A stretch of DNA of 64,000 bases. It comes from Utricularia gibba (taxonomy: Eukaryota > Plantae > Magnoliophyta). The stretch is from contig NEEC01000007.1 in NCBI GenBank assembly GCA_002189035.1, positions 2,666,001-2,730,000 on the forward strand, in the 5' to 3' direction. Under the pieces are notes generated by a model. It did no database searches and was not told the origin of the DNA. It was given only the letters and a program-made list of their open reading frames with translations. Below are positions 51,070 through 64,000 of the stretch, piece after piece (within the stretch, counting starts at the first letter, position 1; each line of letters opens with the position of its first letter). Both the position numbers and the translations under genes were made by a program.

Positions 51070-53911
51070 CGAAAAACATCACTTAGCACGACATTTCAGA
51101 TCATACCTATCACCTAAAATTGGCCTCCCATCCGATACCGATTTTACCCATAACAAGTTTAATTGTGATTCATTTTTTCTATTTCAAAAATATCCTAATT
51201 TAATTCAATTTTTATTATGAACGTTTCGGGATTCAAAACAATTTAATCAAAATTCTTTAAACACTTATATATATTATTAAATGTTTTTTTCTTTTTATTA
51301 TTTATATCAGGGAAATAATGCGTATCACAGTTGTTTCTTTTATAAAGATAAAAAAGGCTCCCAATGTCTCGTGTTGGATCACATTATCCTTAATAAGCAA
51401 TTAATTTATATTATTTTTTGGGTTTTATTCCAACATGATTCGGCAAAGCGACCCGAATCCACTCTGAGGTAGGGCCCATTCTTTAGAATCAATCGCACGG
51501 TAAGTATTTTGAGGAAATACTTGTTCATTACAAGAAACATTTTTCTATTTATAAATAACTATTTTAAAAAATATTATATATATAATCATTTGTATTATTC
51601 CCAATGATTGATATCATAAAAAAATTAATCAAAATTATTTGTTTGTATACATATGCAATAAAATGTGAAATACATTATTTGATTGTCATTTTCGTTTTTT
51701 GTTATGGAGAATGTTGAAGATTATAGAGAGGTATATTGATTTTCAGAAAATAATTCTTTAAATTTCGTGGCTGAACTAAATATGATTTATTCTACAAATT
51801 ATATTTTTGCATTGATGATGTAAAAGGAGGCTTTTTTAAAAAAAATTAAAAATAATATTCCTATGTACACGTATACTTTGTTAATTATAAATAAATTTGC
51901 ATTTAATTAATATCTTATTTGTATATTTAGTGCTTAGGTTCAGTAAAATAATTTAAAAAAAAATTATCTACAATATGTATTAGAAAGATTTTAGTAATAT
52001 ATGTTTTTAATAATTAAATAATTATTAATATTACACGTATATATTTAATTAATATCTTGAATATATGTTTTAGTAATTAAATAAAATATTAATTAGAGAA
52101 ATTATATTATTCAATTTGTATATATTATAAAAGTAAATTTATATGATAATATTAAAATATATGATTATTTAATATATTAAAATTTATAAATATATATTTT
52201 ATTTTATTAAATTTTATATTTTTCTATAAACAGTTTTGTAATCTTGTACTCTCAAAATTGATTTTATTTTACATAATTTAAAATAAAACTTAAATGTTAG
52301 ATCACATGGTGCATAAGAGCTTTTAGAAAATTAAACCTTTAATGTTATGTGTATGTGTGATAAAAGTGAATATTTTTAATAACATGGGGAGGTAAAGCAT
52401 GGATGCATCCATGAATAAAGGTTGAGAGTAGATGGGGTTTGTTGGATCTAAATAAATAAAACAAATGCACCCAACCACATAATTTATCTTTCACTTTTTT
52501 GTGGTTGGATTTAATTTAATTAGCCCATCAACTGCTACTACTACTACTCATGATAAATTTTTCAGTGCTTTTTATTTGTATTTTTCCTATTGGTGGAATG
52601 AGGGTGGACCCACCTCCCTTTTCGCTCTTTCTTTTTTTTATTTTATAATGTGTCTTGTCCCCAAGGCAAAGCATGTGGATGGATAAGTGTGGGAGGGTCC
52701 CACTCTCCACCTACTCCTCTTCAACCTTTTTTTTTTTTGTTTTGATTTTTTTTTGAATATGAAATGTGTTTGTCACACAGGATGACAGGAATGGGCAAAC
52801 TGTAGAGGCGAAAGTGAGCGATGAATTGAATTTAAAATAATGTATTTAAATATGGGTTGTATTAAAATAAATATATATAATGTAATCATAATTAAAAATA
52901 TAATGTCATCATAATTATAAATATATTATATTTTTATAAATATATATTTAAAATATTATTATATTATTGGACGCAATGGGTCGCCTACTAAGTTCAACTC
53001 TATTGATATGGTAAACCGATAGAGAAGTAGGTGAAAATCTCCACATCAACTTCAGTTTAGTGATAAATTATTCCCACCTTCTGATGGAAAGGTTGTGGTA
53101 AAAATGACATGAAATTATTTTGGTGAAATTTTCTTCATGAAGAAATGTGGGTAAAAGAAATTGTGAAATCTAGTCAAATGCATTATATTTGGTGAAAAAA
53201 CGAAGATTGTTGAAAATAAAGTGATGGAATGCTTGGTATATAGTAAAAAAGAGAGAAATATAATATGAAATTATGATAAATGATAAAATATTAAAAGTTG
53301 ATATGGTTGCCCTAAAAACTTTAATCATCCAATGTCACATAATGCAAGGAAGCTCAAGCAACCAGCATTACTTTAATATTTAAGGTTTAGAAATTTATAG
53401 ATAACTAGAGATTGAAACTCTCATGTGCCTAAAACTTGGTGATCATGTGAGCGGGGATATCTTTGTTAGGAGTGCGTGCACAAGATGATGACGGCGAGTT
53501 CTTGCGCTTCACTGGTGGAAATGGACATGGACCTTTTTTTTCATCTTTTGATGGACTTTTCCTGGTGGGGGACAGGACAAGAGTAGGAAGAAGGCAAACA
53601 CATGACACCTCCCTACATGTGTCAGATTAAGCCTTTGCCAGTCTGATATCCGATGCTGTCTGTTTTTTCTCCAAGTTCATCTGGTAATTGTGCCCGATGT
53701 GTATGGCTGATCCACAAGTTTGGGAAACTTTTCCATGTTCATGGTCGAGAGCAACCACAGTCTGGAAAACTGATCTTTGAGAAGCCAACAAGCAATATGA
53801 ATGCAGCAGACTTTACTCCACGTAAAGGATGGGATGCATCCCAACTGTAAAGTTCGAGTGACATGAAAATGGAAATGAGAACATGGAGTTGGGGATCGAC
53901 CAAATGCCTCA

Positions 53912-55994
53912 TCAGCTGCACAAGTATGAACTGCCATGTTCGTCATCTTGGCAGGTCGACTGCCGGCTCTTCTTCCTCGTAGAGAAGGTTGGGCGATCTG
54001 GATGCAGATATTGGAGTTGCCAATGAATTTCATGTGTCAAAAGCATCAAAGTGTCATGAGAACAGGGTAGCACCTCCTTCTGGGTATATTGAGTTGTAAT
54101 GCACTTCTGCCCAGAAACTCAAGAAAATAACTGCACCACTAAACAAATGAGGATAAAAAAATGGTAATGGGAGGGTAACTAGATCGCATTACCTCGTTCT
54201 GACTTTTGAATGTTGGGTAGAATTTCAATGTAGCATGTATCCTTGAATGAAGTTATCACCAGTATCTTTACACCATACTGGATCAAGCCAAAGATGAGCA
54301 TGGATCAACAACACTCCATGTGCAGAATCGTAAGTTTGAAGGTATGAAATCGCCTTGTTCAGGTTCATGGATGGAGAAACAGGTTTTCCCAAGGAAAAAT
54401 ATACTAGGAAACAGAAAAAAAAAAAAAAAAGAAGAAACATACAGAATCAGCGGCAGCTTGTAGAGTGACATGATCTCCCCATTCCCCACTCCTAGTAAGG
54501 AGCCAGTCCTTAAATGTGGAGTGAAAAAAAGAAAAGAGCACGGAAAAGAGTAATTAAAGAAGGGTGGGCTTGGAAGTGATTCAGTTTCAGCTCTAATTGG
54601 GTGTGATAGTGAAGAATGTGAAAGGCTTCTTCGTAGATTCTGAGCTGAAGCTGAATCACTCTCAAACACGTAATAACTTCTGATAATCTCACCTGGACAT
54701 CTTCTTGATGTATTGTTCATAAGCCATTGGCACATACCCCTCGTATACATCAGATTGTAACCTGAGCTGGAAATCGGATTGTGCAGCATTGCAAAAATTA
54801 GTTCTTGCAATGCAATGAATTTTTCTTGAGATAAAACAGATGTGATAAACGCAAGAAATCCACCAACTTGATTCACTATTTGCTGCCTAACAAATTTGTG
54901 GTGCTCAGGAGTGCGATAAAATTGATCTGAAAGAGCTCGAAACTGCATGAAAACAAAAAGATGTGAAATATTTAGTTGAGGCAGTGCAAGTAACATAAGT
55001 GGTGAAAGACATTGAAATGTAAAAAATCAACCTGGCAGTTGCCATCCCCTTGAACTTTGAATTCTACAAGCTCATAGACCTGTAATCTGCACAACATACC
55101 CCATGAAAGAGTTGGCTCTTGTACTAGGATTCCATATTGGGTCTTCTACACAGCATGATAATGAATTAAAATACAGTGCATCACAAGCGGTTTATAACTA
55201 ACCCTTTTTCCAGACAGAAAGATGATTCTGTGGGTGTAAGATTATTATTTGTTTATAAAAAACGAAGTTTGTAATTCCATGTAAAAAACTTCTTAAAATG
55301 TGGTAGAAATTATTACCTATCAAGAAGCCTTTGGTGATCAAGGGTGGCTTCATCAATTGAAGGTATCTCCCCATTGATCTTGGGAATGTGCTGAAATGAT
55401 GAACAATCATGTTTTTTTTTTTTTGAACTTATCATGTTGGAAGCCGAATGATAGAACTAATCAAACAAACAGGGCGCTGTAAACTCACTGGTATGGGAAC
55501 CATCTGGTTCAGTCTTTTGCCCACTTCACCATCCAATGAATATTCATCCATCAGCTCCAACGATTGTGACTGATCACCTCCATGATACATTTCATCTCTA
55601 GGTGTAGAGCATGATCCGGAAATTTCCAGGTCTTCATGATGATTCTCATTTCCTGCAAGTTCTCACAAAATATATGAATATCCAGCAAATTCTTGAAGCC
55701 AGAATAGGGAAGAAGCATCACACCATTGATATAATAACTAAAGTTCCCTTGAGAGTGTAGAAACCAATCATCGGTGCAAAACGAAGTTTCTGCATTTTCA
55801 GCAACCGAAAGTTGGGAGAACTGTTCATGAAGACAACTCATAGGAAGGTCATCGTTCCCCATGTAACTACATTCACCATCATATTGGTATCCCTTCATGT
55901 ACTGCCCTGCATATCCATAGTTTGGATACGGATCACCATCAAAAAGCTGAAGTCCCCAACGAACAACATCCGGATCTTCCTCATATGTAATCAT
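53912..55994 (-). CDS. OTU-domain deubiquitinase (plant OTU9-12-like group)
   Basis: DPDVVRWGL N-terminus; LDGEVGKRLNQMVPIP|HIPKING; catalytic VQGDGNCQ|FRALSDQFY; GEWGDHVTLQAAAD; FWAEVHYNSIYP; stop at 53912-53914. Confidence 0.93.
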
Positions 55995-57389
55995 ATCGCG
56001 TTACAAGGAATATGAATGTAGTTGGCTCCAAGATCCAAGAAGACCAACTCCAAAAGCTGAAAACAAAAAACCCAAATCATGATCATGACAAAAGTCACCA
56101 AACCATGATCACTCATTATAACTCTTGTCTGCTTTAATCACAGCAACCCCATAGAACAAGAACAGAAGTTCCTGGAACATTCCCGTAAAATGTGGAAACA
56201 CAGTAGCAAAATGACACTTCTCACACCAGAAAAAGAAATCCCATCACTTGTCACAAAATATGCAGACGCACAACGGAAGACTTTAGCAATCTATTAGTGA
56301 ATTTGGCAACAGAAAAAAAGGAACTGCATTTGGAGAGCAATGCAATGATATCACCTACCCCAAAAAACGCGAAAACCCAGCGGGCGTGGGAGAATGTGGT
56401 TGGTTGGCACTGACCGGCGGAGGCAACAGAACAGAAATGAGGGCCGGTGGAAATGTATAGCGAATATTGTGGGAGGTGGGGTTCATGTTCACGAGGAGGA
56501 GAATTTGGGGGATGAGGAGAGAATTAGGGAATGGGACTGATGGAGCGGACAAAGGAATTGGAATCTGACTGCGGGTAAGGCATTCTACGCTAGTTGTTGT
56601 TGTCCAACTGACGGCGATTCCTTTACTTTGTACCTTTTCACCACTCCAATTGTCCTTTTCCCCTCGGCCTTCCTGCTGCTCTCTCTGCCGGCTTCTTCAT
56701 CACCCAAAAATTCTTATTCCTCATCATATATACCACATGCCTCTGCAACCACCAGCACCGGCACCGGCTACCATCTGATCTTATTCTCTGTAAAAGCGTC
56801 ACATTTCTTATCATTTTCTCTGTAAATTGAAGATAAGTCGTGCTGACAGTCGCAGTACACCCGGTAAAACAAATAAAAAACTAATAAATGTCAAAATTAA
56901 TAAAATTTCATTTTAACAGACAATATATATTAAAATTATTTATAATTAAATAATTATATGTTATTGGACTATAATTAAAAATATATTTAATATATAATCC
57001 ATAAATATGTATATATATATATATACATTTAAAATATTATTATATTTGATAATATATGTTTAAAATAAATAAAATATAATTTGTTTGATTAAAAAAACTG
57101 TTGTAATGAGTTTACATTATTTTATTGGTTTGATATATGTCAAACAAGTATTAGAGTGTTCAAAGTAAGATTACACTCTACATACATTAGTATAAGATAA
57201 CATCATAAGATTTCGGTATTAGACTTGAGTATAAATTTGTTCACATACATGTTTAATTTTTCGGAATTGTAAAAAGTAATTAATTATTCTTGTCCAATAA
57301 TAAGAGTATTTATTATATGTTAAAAATAGATAGAAATTATACTGATCCAGCAATCTATGTTTCCAACTGGGATATATAACCTAGACTAT

Positions 57390-57701
57390 TTTTATAATGG
57401 TTCCGGGTGAATCGGTCCACTCGTTTATTAAAAATATATATATATGAAATATTATTGTATAAATTATATATTAAATTTTTAATAAAAATTAAGATATGAA
57501 TATAATATAAAAATAATGTTAATATAAAATTAATGAAATGAAATAAACATATTAAAACAAAATGATAAAAATAACATAAATTTTAATGAAATAAATAATA
57601 ATAATGATTTAATAATTTTGTAGATCATCCGACCCATTCTTTTTCCGGTTATTGGTTCACCCGGTTCAACCGGCCTAGTAACCGGTGGGTTAAAAACGTA
57701 G
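57390..57701. mobile_element. Degenerate MITE-like remnant between the OTU and UXT promoters
   Basis: Inverted ccgggtgaa / ttcacccgg motifs near 57404 and 57656, and a terminal ggttaaaaac motif, around an AT-rich core; no TSD. Confidence 0.3.
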
Positions 57702-58199
57702 CCAACAATACTGCAAATATATTTTAGTAGTATCGATTGAGTATCAAGCTCGAGGCTGCTAAGGGCAGGACACACGGAAAAAAAAACAGAAAGAGCATAG
57801 GTATAGAGTGGACACACGTACACAATAGGATGTTAATAAAATGGGGCATTGGATTGGATTTCATGCTGGAATTGAATGCCTTTGTGGGCTACGTAGTACC
57901 GGGATGCCAAAAACCAACAAACTCATAGTAGCCATTACAAGGCCGACTCCATTGTCTTACATGAACTTGCCAGAGGGTTCAGCTCCTCGCAGGAGAGTGG
58001 ATCCAGTCTTTTGAACCACTTGGTGGGTGATCTTGGTTTTTACAAGGACTTGTTCGCTTTTTGCATCCGCCCTGTGGATCATCTGGTTGGAATAGAGGTA
58101 TGTGAGGGAATAGATGAAAGTATAGGTGTTAATCCACAAGATTGTGTTTGTGGGAGATGTGGACTGACCTGGTAGTGTTTGGTCTGGTTTTTTCAGAAG

Positions 58200-59875
58200 A
58201 TGTGGAAGACCACAGGGATCAAGTTTGGGGTTGTTGGTGCACTGTTTCTCTCTGTTGCATCTTCTGTGTCACTGGTCATATGTAACAAGGCGCTGATGAG
58301 CAATCTTGGGTTTCAGTTTGGTAAGAAGTTTTGAACCTCTTCTGATGCTTCTCTTGAACAATTCATTAGCTTTGACAGATAAACATCTTGAACAGAAATG
58401 AAATATCCTACTTGTGGAACCTTCATTCCCTAGCTTGTTCCTATTGGTTCATAGCTGCTTTGATGCCTTTGTATCTCTGTTGAATGTAAATCTCATGATC
58501 GTTAGTTGCCACAGTTGTGTTCATTGCCTGCCACTTGAACTATCTGTCCCCTGAACCTCTTCTAAGATCTGTTGCACTTAAAGTATAAACTGAAAATGGT
58601 GTTGCTACTTCTCAGCCACAACACTTAGTAGTTGGCACCTGATAGTGACTTACTGCACACTGCATGCGGCAAAGCAGTTGAAGCTTTTCGAAAACCAATC
58701 CATCGACATGAAAACGATCGTCTTCTTTGGCATCTTGAATGGCGCTTCCATTGGACTTCTCAACCTCAGTTTGGGATTCAATTCCATTGGCTTCTACCAG
58801 GTTCACATTCTGATAATTTTTTCTTGCACAGAGCGCCCTTTGTGCTGATCTCAATCTCTTGCAGATGACAAAGCTTGCCATTATACCATTCACTGTCCTC
58901 CTGGAAACATTTTTCTTGAAGAAACAATTCAGGTAACTGGAGAGCCTTCTGTGGTTTCAAGAAGCCTGAAATACGAAACATTCTAGAATTGTACTCCATG
59001 CAGCGTGAAGATCAAAGCTTCACTATTTGTGCTTCTGTTTGGAGTTGGGTTTGCTTCTGTCACTGATCTTCAGCTCAACTTTGTTGGCACGATCGTATCT
59101 CTTTTTGCCATCATCACAACATGTGTCGGTCAAATTGTGCGTATCATTTATTCTACTCAGGATTATTCCTTCTCCCCCTTCTGAAAGAAATTTCACAATG
59201 TATGTATCTTGGTTTCAGCTGACCAACACAATACAGAAGAAGCTTGGTGTCTCCTCAACGCAATTGTTATACCAATCAGCTCCATTTCAAGCTGCGGCTC
59301 TTTTCTTAACTGGTCCGTTTGTCGATCAGTTTCTGACAAAAAAGAATGTCTTCTCCTACACATACTCTCCTCTTATCTTGGTAAGGTCCCTCATCAATGA
59401 AAGGAAATGAATTCTTGAGATAACTCACATGTTTTGGATTCAGGGATTCATCGCTCTGTCTTGCTCCATAGCAGTGATTGTGAACTTTGCCACGTTCTTG
59501 GTGATTGGGAAAACTTCCGCAGTCACATTCCAAGTACTCGGCCACCTAAAAACATGCCTTGTTCTTGCTTTTGGGTACACCCTCCTTCACGATCCTTTCA
59601 ATGAAAGGAACATCATGGGTATACTCATTGCCATTGTTGGGATGGGCATGTACTCCTACTTCTGCAACAAGGAGACCAAGAAGAAGCAAATCATCGACAT
59701 TTCAATGTCACAGGTAAAACTCCACAGCATCACTACAGATAATATACATTTGGAAATTAAAGACATTTTCTAACTCTAGCATTTGCTTGCGTGTGTATTT
59801 TTTCAGAATAAAGATGGAGATACAGCTCCATTTCTGGACAGTCAAATTGAGAAATCAAAGGATTCTGGTGTCTAA
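58200..59875 (+). CDS. UXT: Nucleotide-sugar transporter, UDP-xylose transporter (UXT) subfamily of the TPT family
   Basis: GALFLSVASSVSLVICNKALMS, TTLSSWHL, LLNLSLGFNSIGFYQ|MTKLAIIP, STQLLYQSAP, VIGKTSAVTFQVLGHLKTCLVL; stop at 59873-59875. Confidence 0.93.
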
Positions 59876-60209
59876 ACGACATCAGTCTCACCAAATACTG
59901 ATTGCTCTATCAAATTCAAGAAGCAATAAAAAACAGAAAATTATTAAAACGAAAGATCCCTAAAACTGGAGCAAGTTCCAAGGAGATTGTAATGCAATTA
60001 TCTCAAATTGTACATCTCTCTTTAACAGAATAAGCTGGAAGTAGGTAATATAATGAATAGAAAAATTACCAATGACTGGGAAATTTCCAGGGCAGAAAGG
60101 GGTGCACAAGAAGCCGATGGAAGGATCATCAGCAATCTTCTTGATCCCTCACGCAGGGTACAGCCTCCTTTTTGCCTCAAAGCTGGAAATGGCACAACAA
60201 CCTCGGTGG

Positions 60210-62249
60210 TTACCAGAAGTCACTACAAGAACATTGTCCATTACTGAAGTGATGAAATCTCTTCATGTCTCTTACAATAATTTCCCTTTTTGTTATTACA
60301 GACATATATTTTATTGTTTCATGGCAGTCTTCACAGACTCTCAGATTCTTTGTGATCCGCAGTTTGGTTCCTGGTTTCGTGTTTAAAATGCCAAAAGCGA
60401 TAGCCAGTCTTTCACTGTGATTCCACAACATGTTTACTTTCACATACTCATCTACATTGTGTAACACAGATTCCGTCCGTGCTATGTAACCCATGGTCTT
60501 CACTTTATGCTTCAGTTTCTCAAGGACCGGCTCAAGTTCAATGTACCGAGGATGACTTGTATCCTCAGCGAGGAAGGTGTGGAGCCTCCCCTGAAGTTCT
60601 ATGACACTGAACCCAGGCTCCTTTCTGATCCCTGCGGCTTTCATATCTTGTCTTATTTCCAAAACTTTGTCCCATTTCCTTGCAGCAGCAAAGAAGTTGG
60701 AAGCAAGAGTATAAATTCCAGGACTAAGAGGGTTTAGTTCTAGAACTTTCCTGGCTGCAAGCTCCCCTACACAAAACTTCTTGTTGTTCAAACAGCCTGA
60801 AAGCAGAGCAACCCAAGCAGGGAGTCCCGGTTCACATTCCATTGTTCCAATCAAATCATGGGCTTTTTCAACTTGTCCTGCTCTAGCTAAAAGATCTATC
60901 ACACTAACATAATGTTTTTGCATTGGTTCTATTTTGTAGTCCTCAACCATGATGTTAAACCAGCATTGTCCTTCCTCAACCATCTTTGAATGGCTTAAAG
61001 CTGACAGAAGGGAGGCAAAAGTTGCATGATCTGGTTTTATTCCCGATTCAATCATTTGTAGAAAAAGAGAAAGAGCTTCTTCACCTTGCCCATGGATCCC
61101 GTAACTAGCAATAATCGTATTCAAAAGTACAATGTCCCTTGAGTTCATCCGATCGTATACCACACGAGCATCAGAAAGCAGTCCACACTTAGCATACATA
61201 TCTATAAGTGCAGTCCCGAGAACTTCATTCAAATCTAAGTTTCTAGCAACATACCCGTGTATCTCCTTGCCCAATAATGTTAATCCAACTTGAGAGCACG
61301 CTTGTAGAGCACTGATAACTCGAGCTTCATCTAGCCGGAACCCGTGATACTGCATATCAATTAATAGTTCAAGTGCTTTTATAGGGTATCCATTTTGAAC
61401 ACAACCAGAAACCAAAGCACCCCAAGAAACCTCATTCTTGTGACTCATATACTGAAAAACTGTAGAAGCATATTGTAGTTTGGCATTCTTGGAGTACATA
61501 TCTAAAAGGCTAGTTTGCAACATAATATTCATAGGATAGCACATTCTAATGATATACCCATGGACTGAAGAAGCCACTTTCATGTCCCCAGCATGTGCAC
61601 AAGCTTGTAAAACTGCCAAGATAACAACTGCATCACTTTCTACTCCCTCCTCCAGCATCCTTCTATAAAATTCCACAGCTTCGTTCGGCCTCCCGAACTT
61701 CACGAATCCTGTGATCATCACGGTCCAAGAAACCACATCACGCTTACTCATCCCCTCAAATACATCCATCGCCTTCCTCATTTGCCCACACTTTGCATAG
61801 AAACTCAACATTGAGCAGGATACAAAAGCATCATCCCCATAACCGCAATCAACAGCACTTTTCCAAACATCCTCAGCTGATTCAACGTCCAACAAAGTTG
61901 TGCAGGCATTAATCGCCACGGTAAAAGTCGTGCTGTCAGGCCTTGTAGTTCCATCCCCCATTTCTTTATATAGATTCAAAACTTGACGAGGCGCATTCCC
62001 TCTGGAGAGCCCAACCAGCAATGAATTCCAAGAGCTGACATATCTAACAGACAGATCGTCGAAAACTTGGTGGGCGAGATCAATATTACTCGTCCTGGCA
62101 TACGAAGCGATTAATAGCGAGCTGGAGTTTCCCTTTGGAAAAATACCATTTTTTATGATCGCAGCGTGGATGCTTGAAATGGCTGCTGCATCAGGGCAAG
62201 CCGATAGTAAACACTTCAAATCATTGAGAAACCTTTTTCGCCCAAGCAT
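60210..62249 (-). CDS. Intronless PLS-class PPR protein with E and DYW domains (organellar C-to-U editing factor)
   Basis: 679-aa ORF with PLS repeats, PG box (EPGFSVIE), deaminase signature HSERLA...CEDCH and terminal DFW. Confidence 0.95.
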   Translation of the reverse strand: MLGRKRFLNDLKCLLSACPDAAAISSIHAAIIKNGIFPKGNSSSLLIASYARTSNIDLAHQVFDDLSVRYVSSWNSLLVGLSRGNAPRQVLNLYKEMGDGTTRPDSTTFTVAINACTTLLDVESAEDVWKSAVDCGYGDDAFVSCSMLSFYAKCGQMRKAMDVFEGMSKRDVVSWTVMITGFVKFGRPNEAVEFYRRMLEEGVESDAVVILAVLQACAHAGDMKVASSVHGYIIRMCYPMNIMLQTSLLDMYSKNAKLQYASTVFQYMSHKNEVSWGALVSGCVQNGYPIKALELLIDMQYHGFRLDEARVISALQACSQVGLTLLGKEIHGYVARNLDLNEVLGTALIDMYAKCGLLSDARVVYDRMNSRDIVLLNTIIASYGIHGQGEEALSLFLQMIESGIKPDHATFASLLSALSHSKMVEEGQCWFNIMVEDYKIEPMQKHYVSVIDLLARAGQVEKAHDLIGTMECEPGLPAWVALLSGCLNNKKFCVGELAARKVLELNPLSPGIYTLASNFFAAARKWDKVLEIRQDMKAAGIRKEPGFSVIELQGRLHTFLAEDTSHPRYIELEPVLEKLKHKVKTMGYIARTESVLHNVDEYVKVNMLWNHSERLAIAFGILNTKPGTKLRITKNLRVCEDCHETIKYMSVITKREIIVRDMKRFHHFSNGQCSCSDFW

Positions 62250-63168
62250 TTCTAGCGACCCACTCTCGATTCCTGCTCATGGTCTGAACAATAAACATCA
62301 TGATTTCGTTTCCTGCTTATTTCGGCAGCCGGCAAAATAACCATGAATACTAGATAGCTCGTGCAATACCTGGTTCAAGCAGCTTACCACGGGGGCAAGC
62401 TCTGTAGAAAGCACGGACCAGGTAGGCGCCGAAAGCGCATCCGTAATTGGGTCGTCTGGCAAGGACACACCCAAATCCAGGCTCTCGAAAAGAAGGGGAT
62501 TGTGTTTGGGCTCGCCACGGACGTTGCAGCCCACATCAGCAGGCCACGTAGATGACAAAAAGGTCAATTAAGCCCATTCTCATGGCTTGGACACAAGTCC
62601 AAGTTTTAGAGTTTGTTTAATAGTTGTATATAGTTTAATTATGTATGTATATATTTAATTGTATATAATATTTAATATTCAATAATAGACGCTTGAGTAT
62701 ATAAGTAGTATATAGATATATATATACATATAATATAATATATATATAGATTCTACTTTCTTCATTTATGTATATCACTTTATATATTCAAAAAATATAT
62801 ATATAAATAATATAATTATACGATATTAATATACACATATTAATAAATCAAATAATGATATATGTATAAATTTGAATATAAATCTTTTATATCCAACTAT
62901 CAAGAATCATTAATGATCATACACACTCATCACCATAATCTCAAAAGTGAAATACTCTAAGTTTGGTTTTCATATGGTTACTCATTGATATACACATTTG
63001 CATATAGTATAGTTTGGTTTCGAATTTTCAATACTCGATTCAATTGCAAATTTTCGCCATTTCTTGCCTCTAAATGGACTCCAAACTCAAAATCTGTAGG
63101 CACATTATGCTGAATCTCCACTGCTACAACAAAAAAGTCAAGCTCAGCAGTAAGAGCAGAGCGCCATC

Positions 63169-64000
63169 CTAAGCATAGATCACTCCACTGCCCTCCACAA
63201 CCTCTCCAATGCGGTAGCTTTTCCAACGCTCATCTTCAAGTATCCGTCGCCCTGCTTCTTTATCCACCACCAGAACCATTCCAATCCCCATGTTAAAAGT
63301 GCGTCTCATCTCATCAATCCTGACGTTCCCAGCCTATACACATAGCGTTCCAGAGTGAAGATTTTGATGTTGTTTCAAGGAAGAACTGGCCAGGAGTCTG
63401 CGTGTAGCAGTATAAACAAGCCATCTCACCTCCTGAATCCAGTTGAAGATGGGAAGAACGGGCCAGGAGTCTGTGTATATCAGAGCACCGAGGCCATCTG
63501 GGAATACGCGGGGTATATTATCAGTGAAGCCTCCACCGGTGATGTGAGCTATCCCCTTTACGCCGCCGCCGTTTACGATATCCAGAACCTGTGATCCCGA
63601 AGAAAATAGCTACGGCTCTGACTCAGGAAATGAAGCTGGTGGATGAAGGCTTACTTGGTTGACGTATATGATAGTTGGTGCCATTAGAGCTTCAGTCAAA
63701 GTAAGGGATGATCCTGGTAGAGACTGGTTTAGACTATGGCCGCTTTTCTCTATGACCCTGAGAATGAAAGAATCATCATAAGAAAAGCAAGGATTTACTG
63801 GTTCAAAAACAGTGCATTATCTGCTGGATGAAACCTTCTAACTAAAGAGAATCCATTGGAATGAACCCCACTTGATGGGAGTCCAATAATGGCATCTCCA
63901 ACTTCAATGTTTTTTCCATCAATTACACAGTCCTTCTTCACAATGCCAACTGCAAAGCCACTGAGATCATACTCTCCCTCTGCGTAAAAACCAGGCATCT
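63169..64000 (-). CDS. PUR5: AIR synthetase / phosphoribosylformylglycinamidine cyclo-ligase, 3' exons; 5' part lies beyond the window
   Basis: [35 protein letters not shown]|..[11 protein letters not shown]|..[17 protein letters not shown]..|..[16 protein letters not shown]; stop at 63169-63171. Confidence 0.95.

Noticed and set aside
53460-53530. Short peptide GVRAQDDDGEFL resembling LINE RNase H
   Set aside because: Too short and isolated to support a call.
63490-63520. Suspected frameshift in PUR5 at NIPRVFP
   Set aside because: On recount the run has four G and the frame is intact.
1-64000. tRNA, rRNA, known miRNA hairpins, telomeric arrays, organellar insertions and CRISPR arrays
   Set aside because: None recognised by eye (only an 11-nt partial miR395-like match at about 15397 with no hairpin); tRNAscan-SE and Infernal would be needed to exclude snoRNAs or divergent ncRNAs.

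Overview
A gene-dense stretch of a flowering-plant nuclear genome, with GT-AG introns mostly about 70-110 nt long and very AT-rich intergenic DNA. The species cannot be determined from the sequence. About 18 protein-coding genes lie in 64 kb, in this order: HINT3 (3' part, +), an uncharacterised P-loop protein (+), a Ninja/AFP-family co-repressor (-), URM1 (+), EAF1 (+), a type I DnaJ (-), an ICR/RIP ROP effector (-), an LBD transcription factor (+), the DPB4/NF-YB11-like histone-fold subunit (+), an uncharacterised SAM methyltransferase (-), nuclear PRORP RNase P (-), HYL1/DRB1 (+), GCP1/TsaD t6A synthase (+), a RING E3 ligase (-), an OTU deubiquitinase (-), a UDP-xylose transporter (+), a DYW-class PPR protein (-) and PUR5/PurM (3' part, -). 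Exon chains were assembled by hand from splice signals and remembered family motifs; no database searches were run. Notable non-routine observations: (1) a 1,675-bp non-autonomous hAT element with TIRs and a perfect 8-bp TSD just downstream of the AFP gene; (2) two apparent 1-nt deletions in G-runs (AFP, EAF1), each with a nearby in-frame alternative acceptor; (3) two GC-AG introns (GCP1, RING); (4) a candidate spliced antisense transcript with a 70-aa ORF overlapping the GCP1 stop, next to a possible PPR relic; (5) a solo-LTR-like element; (6) a run of RNA-processing genes around an uncharacterised methyltransferase. No tRNA, rRNA or CRISPR features were seen, and I found no clear-cut novel multi-gene system.
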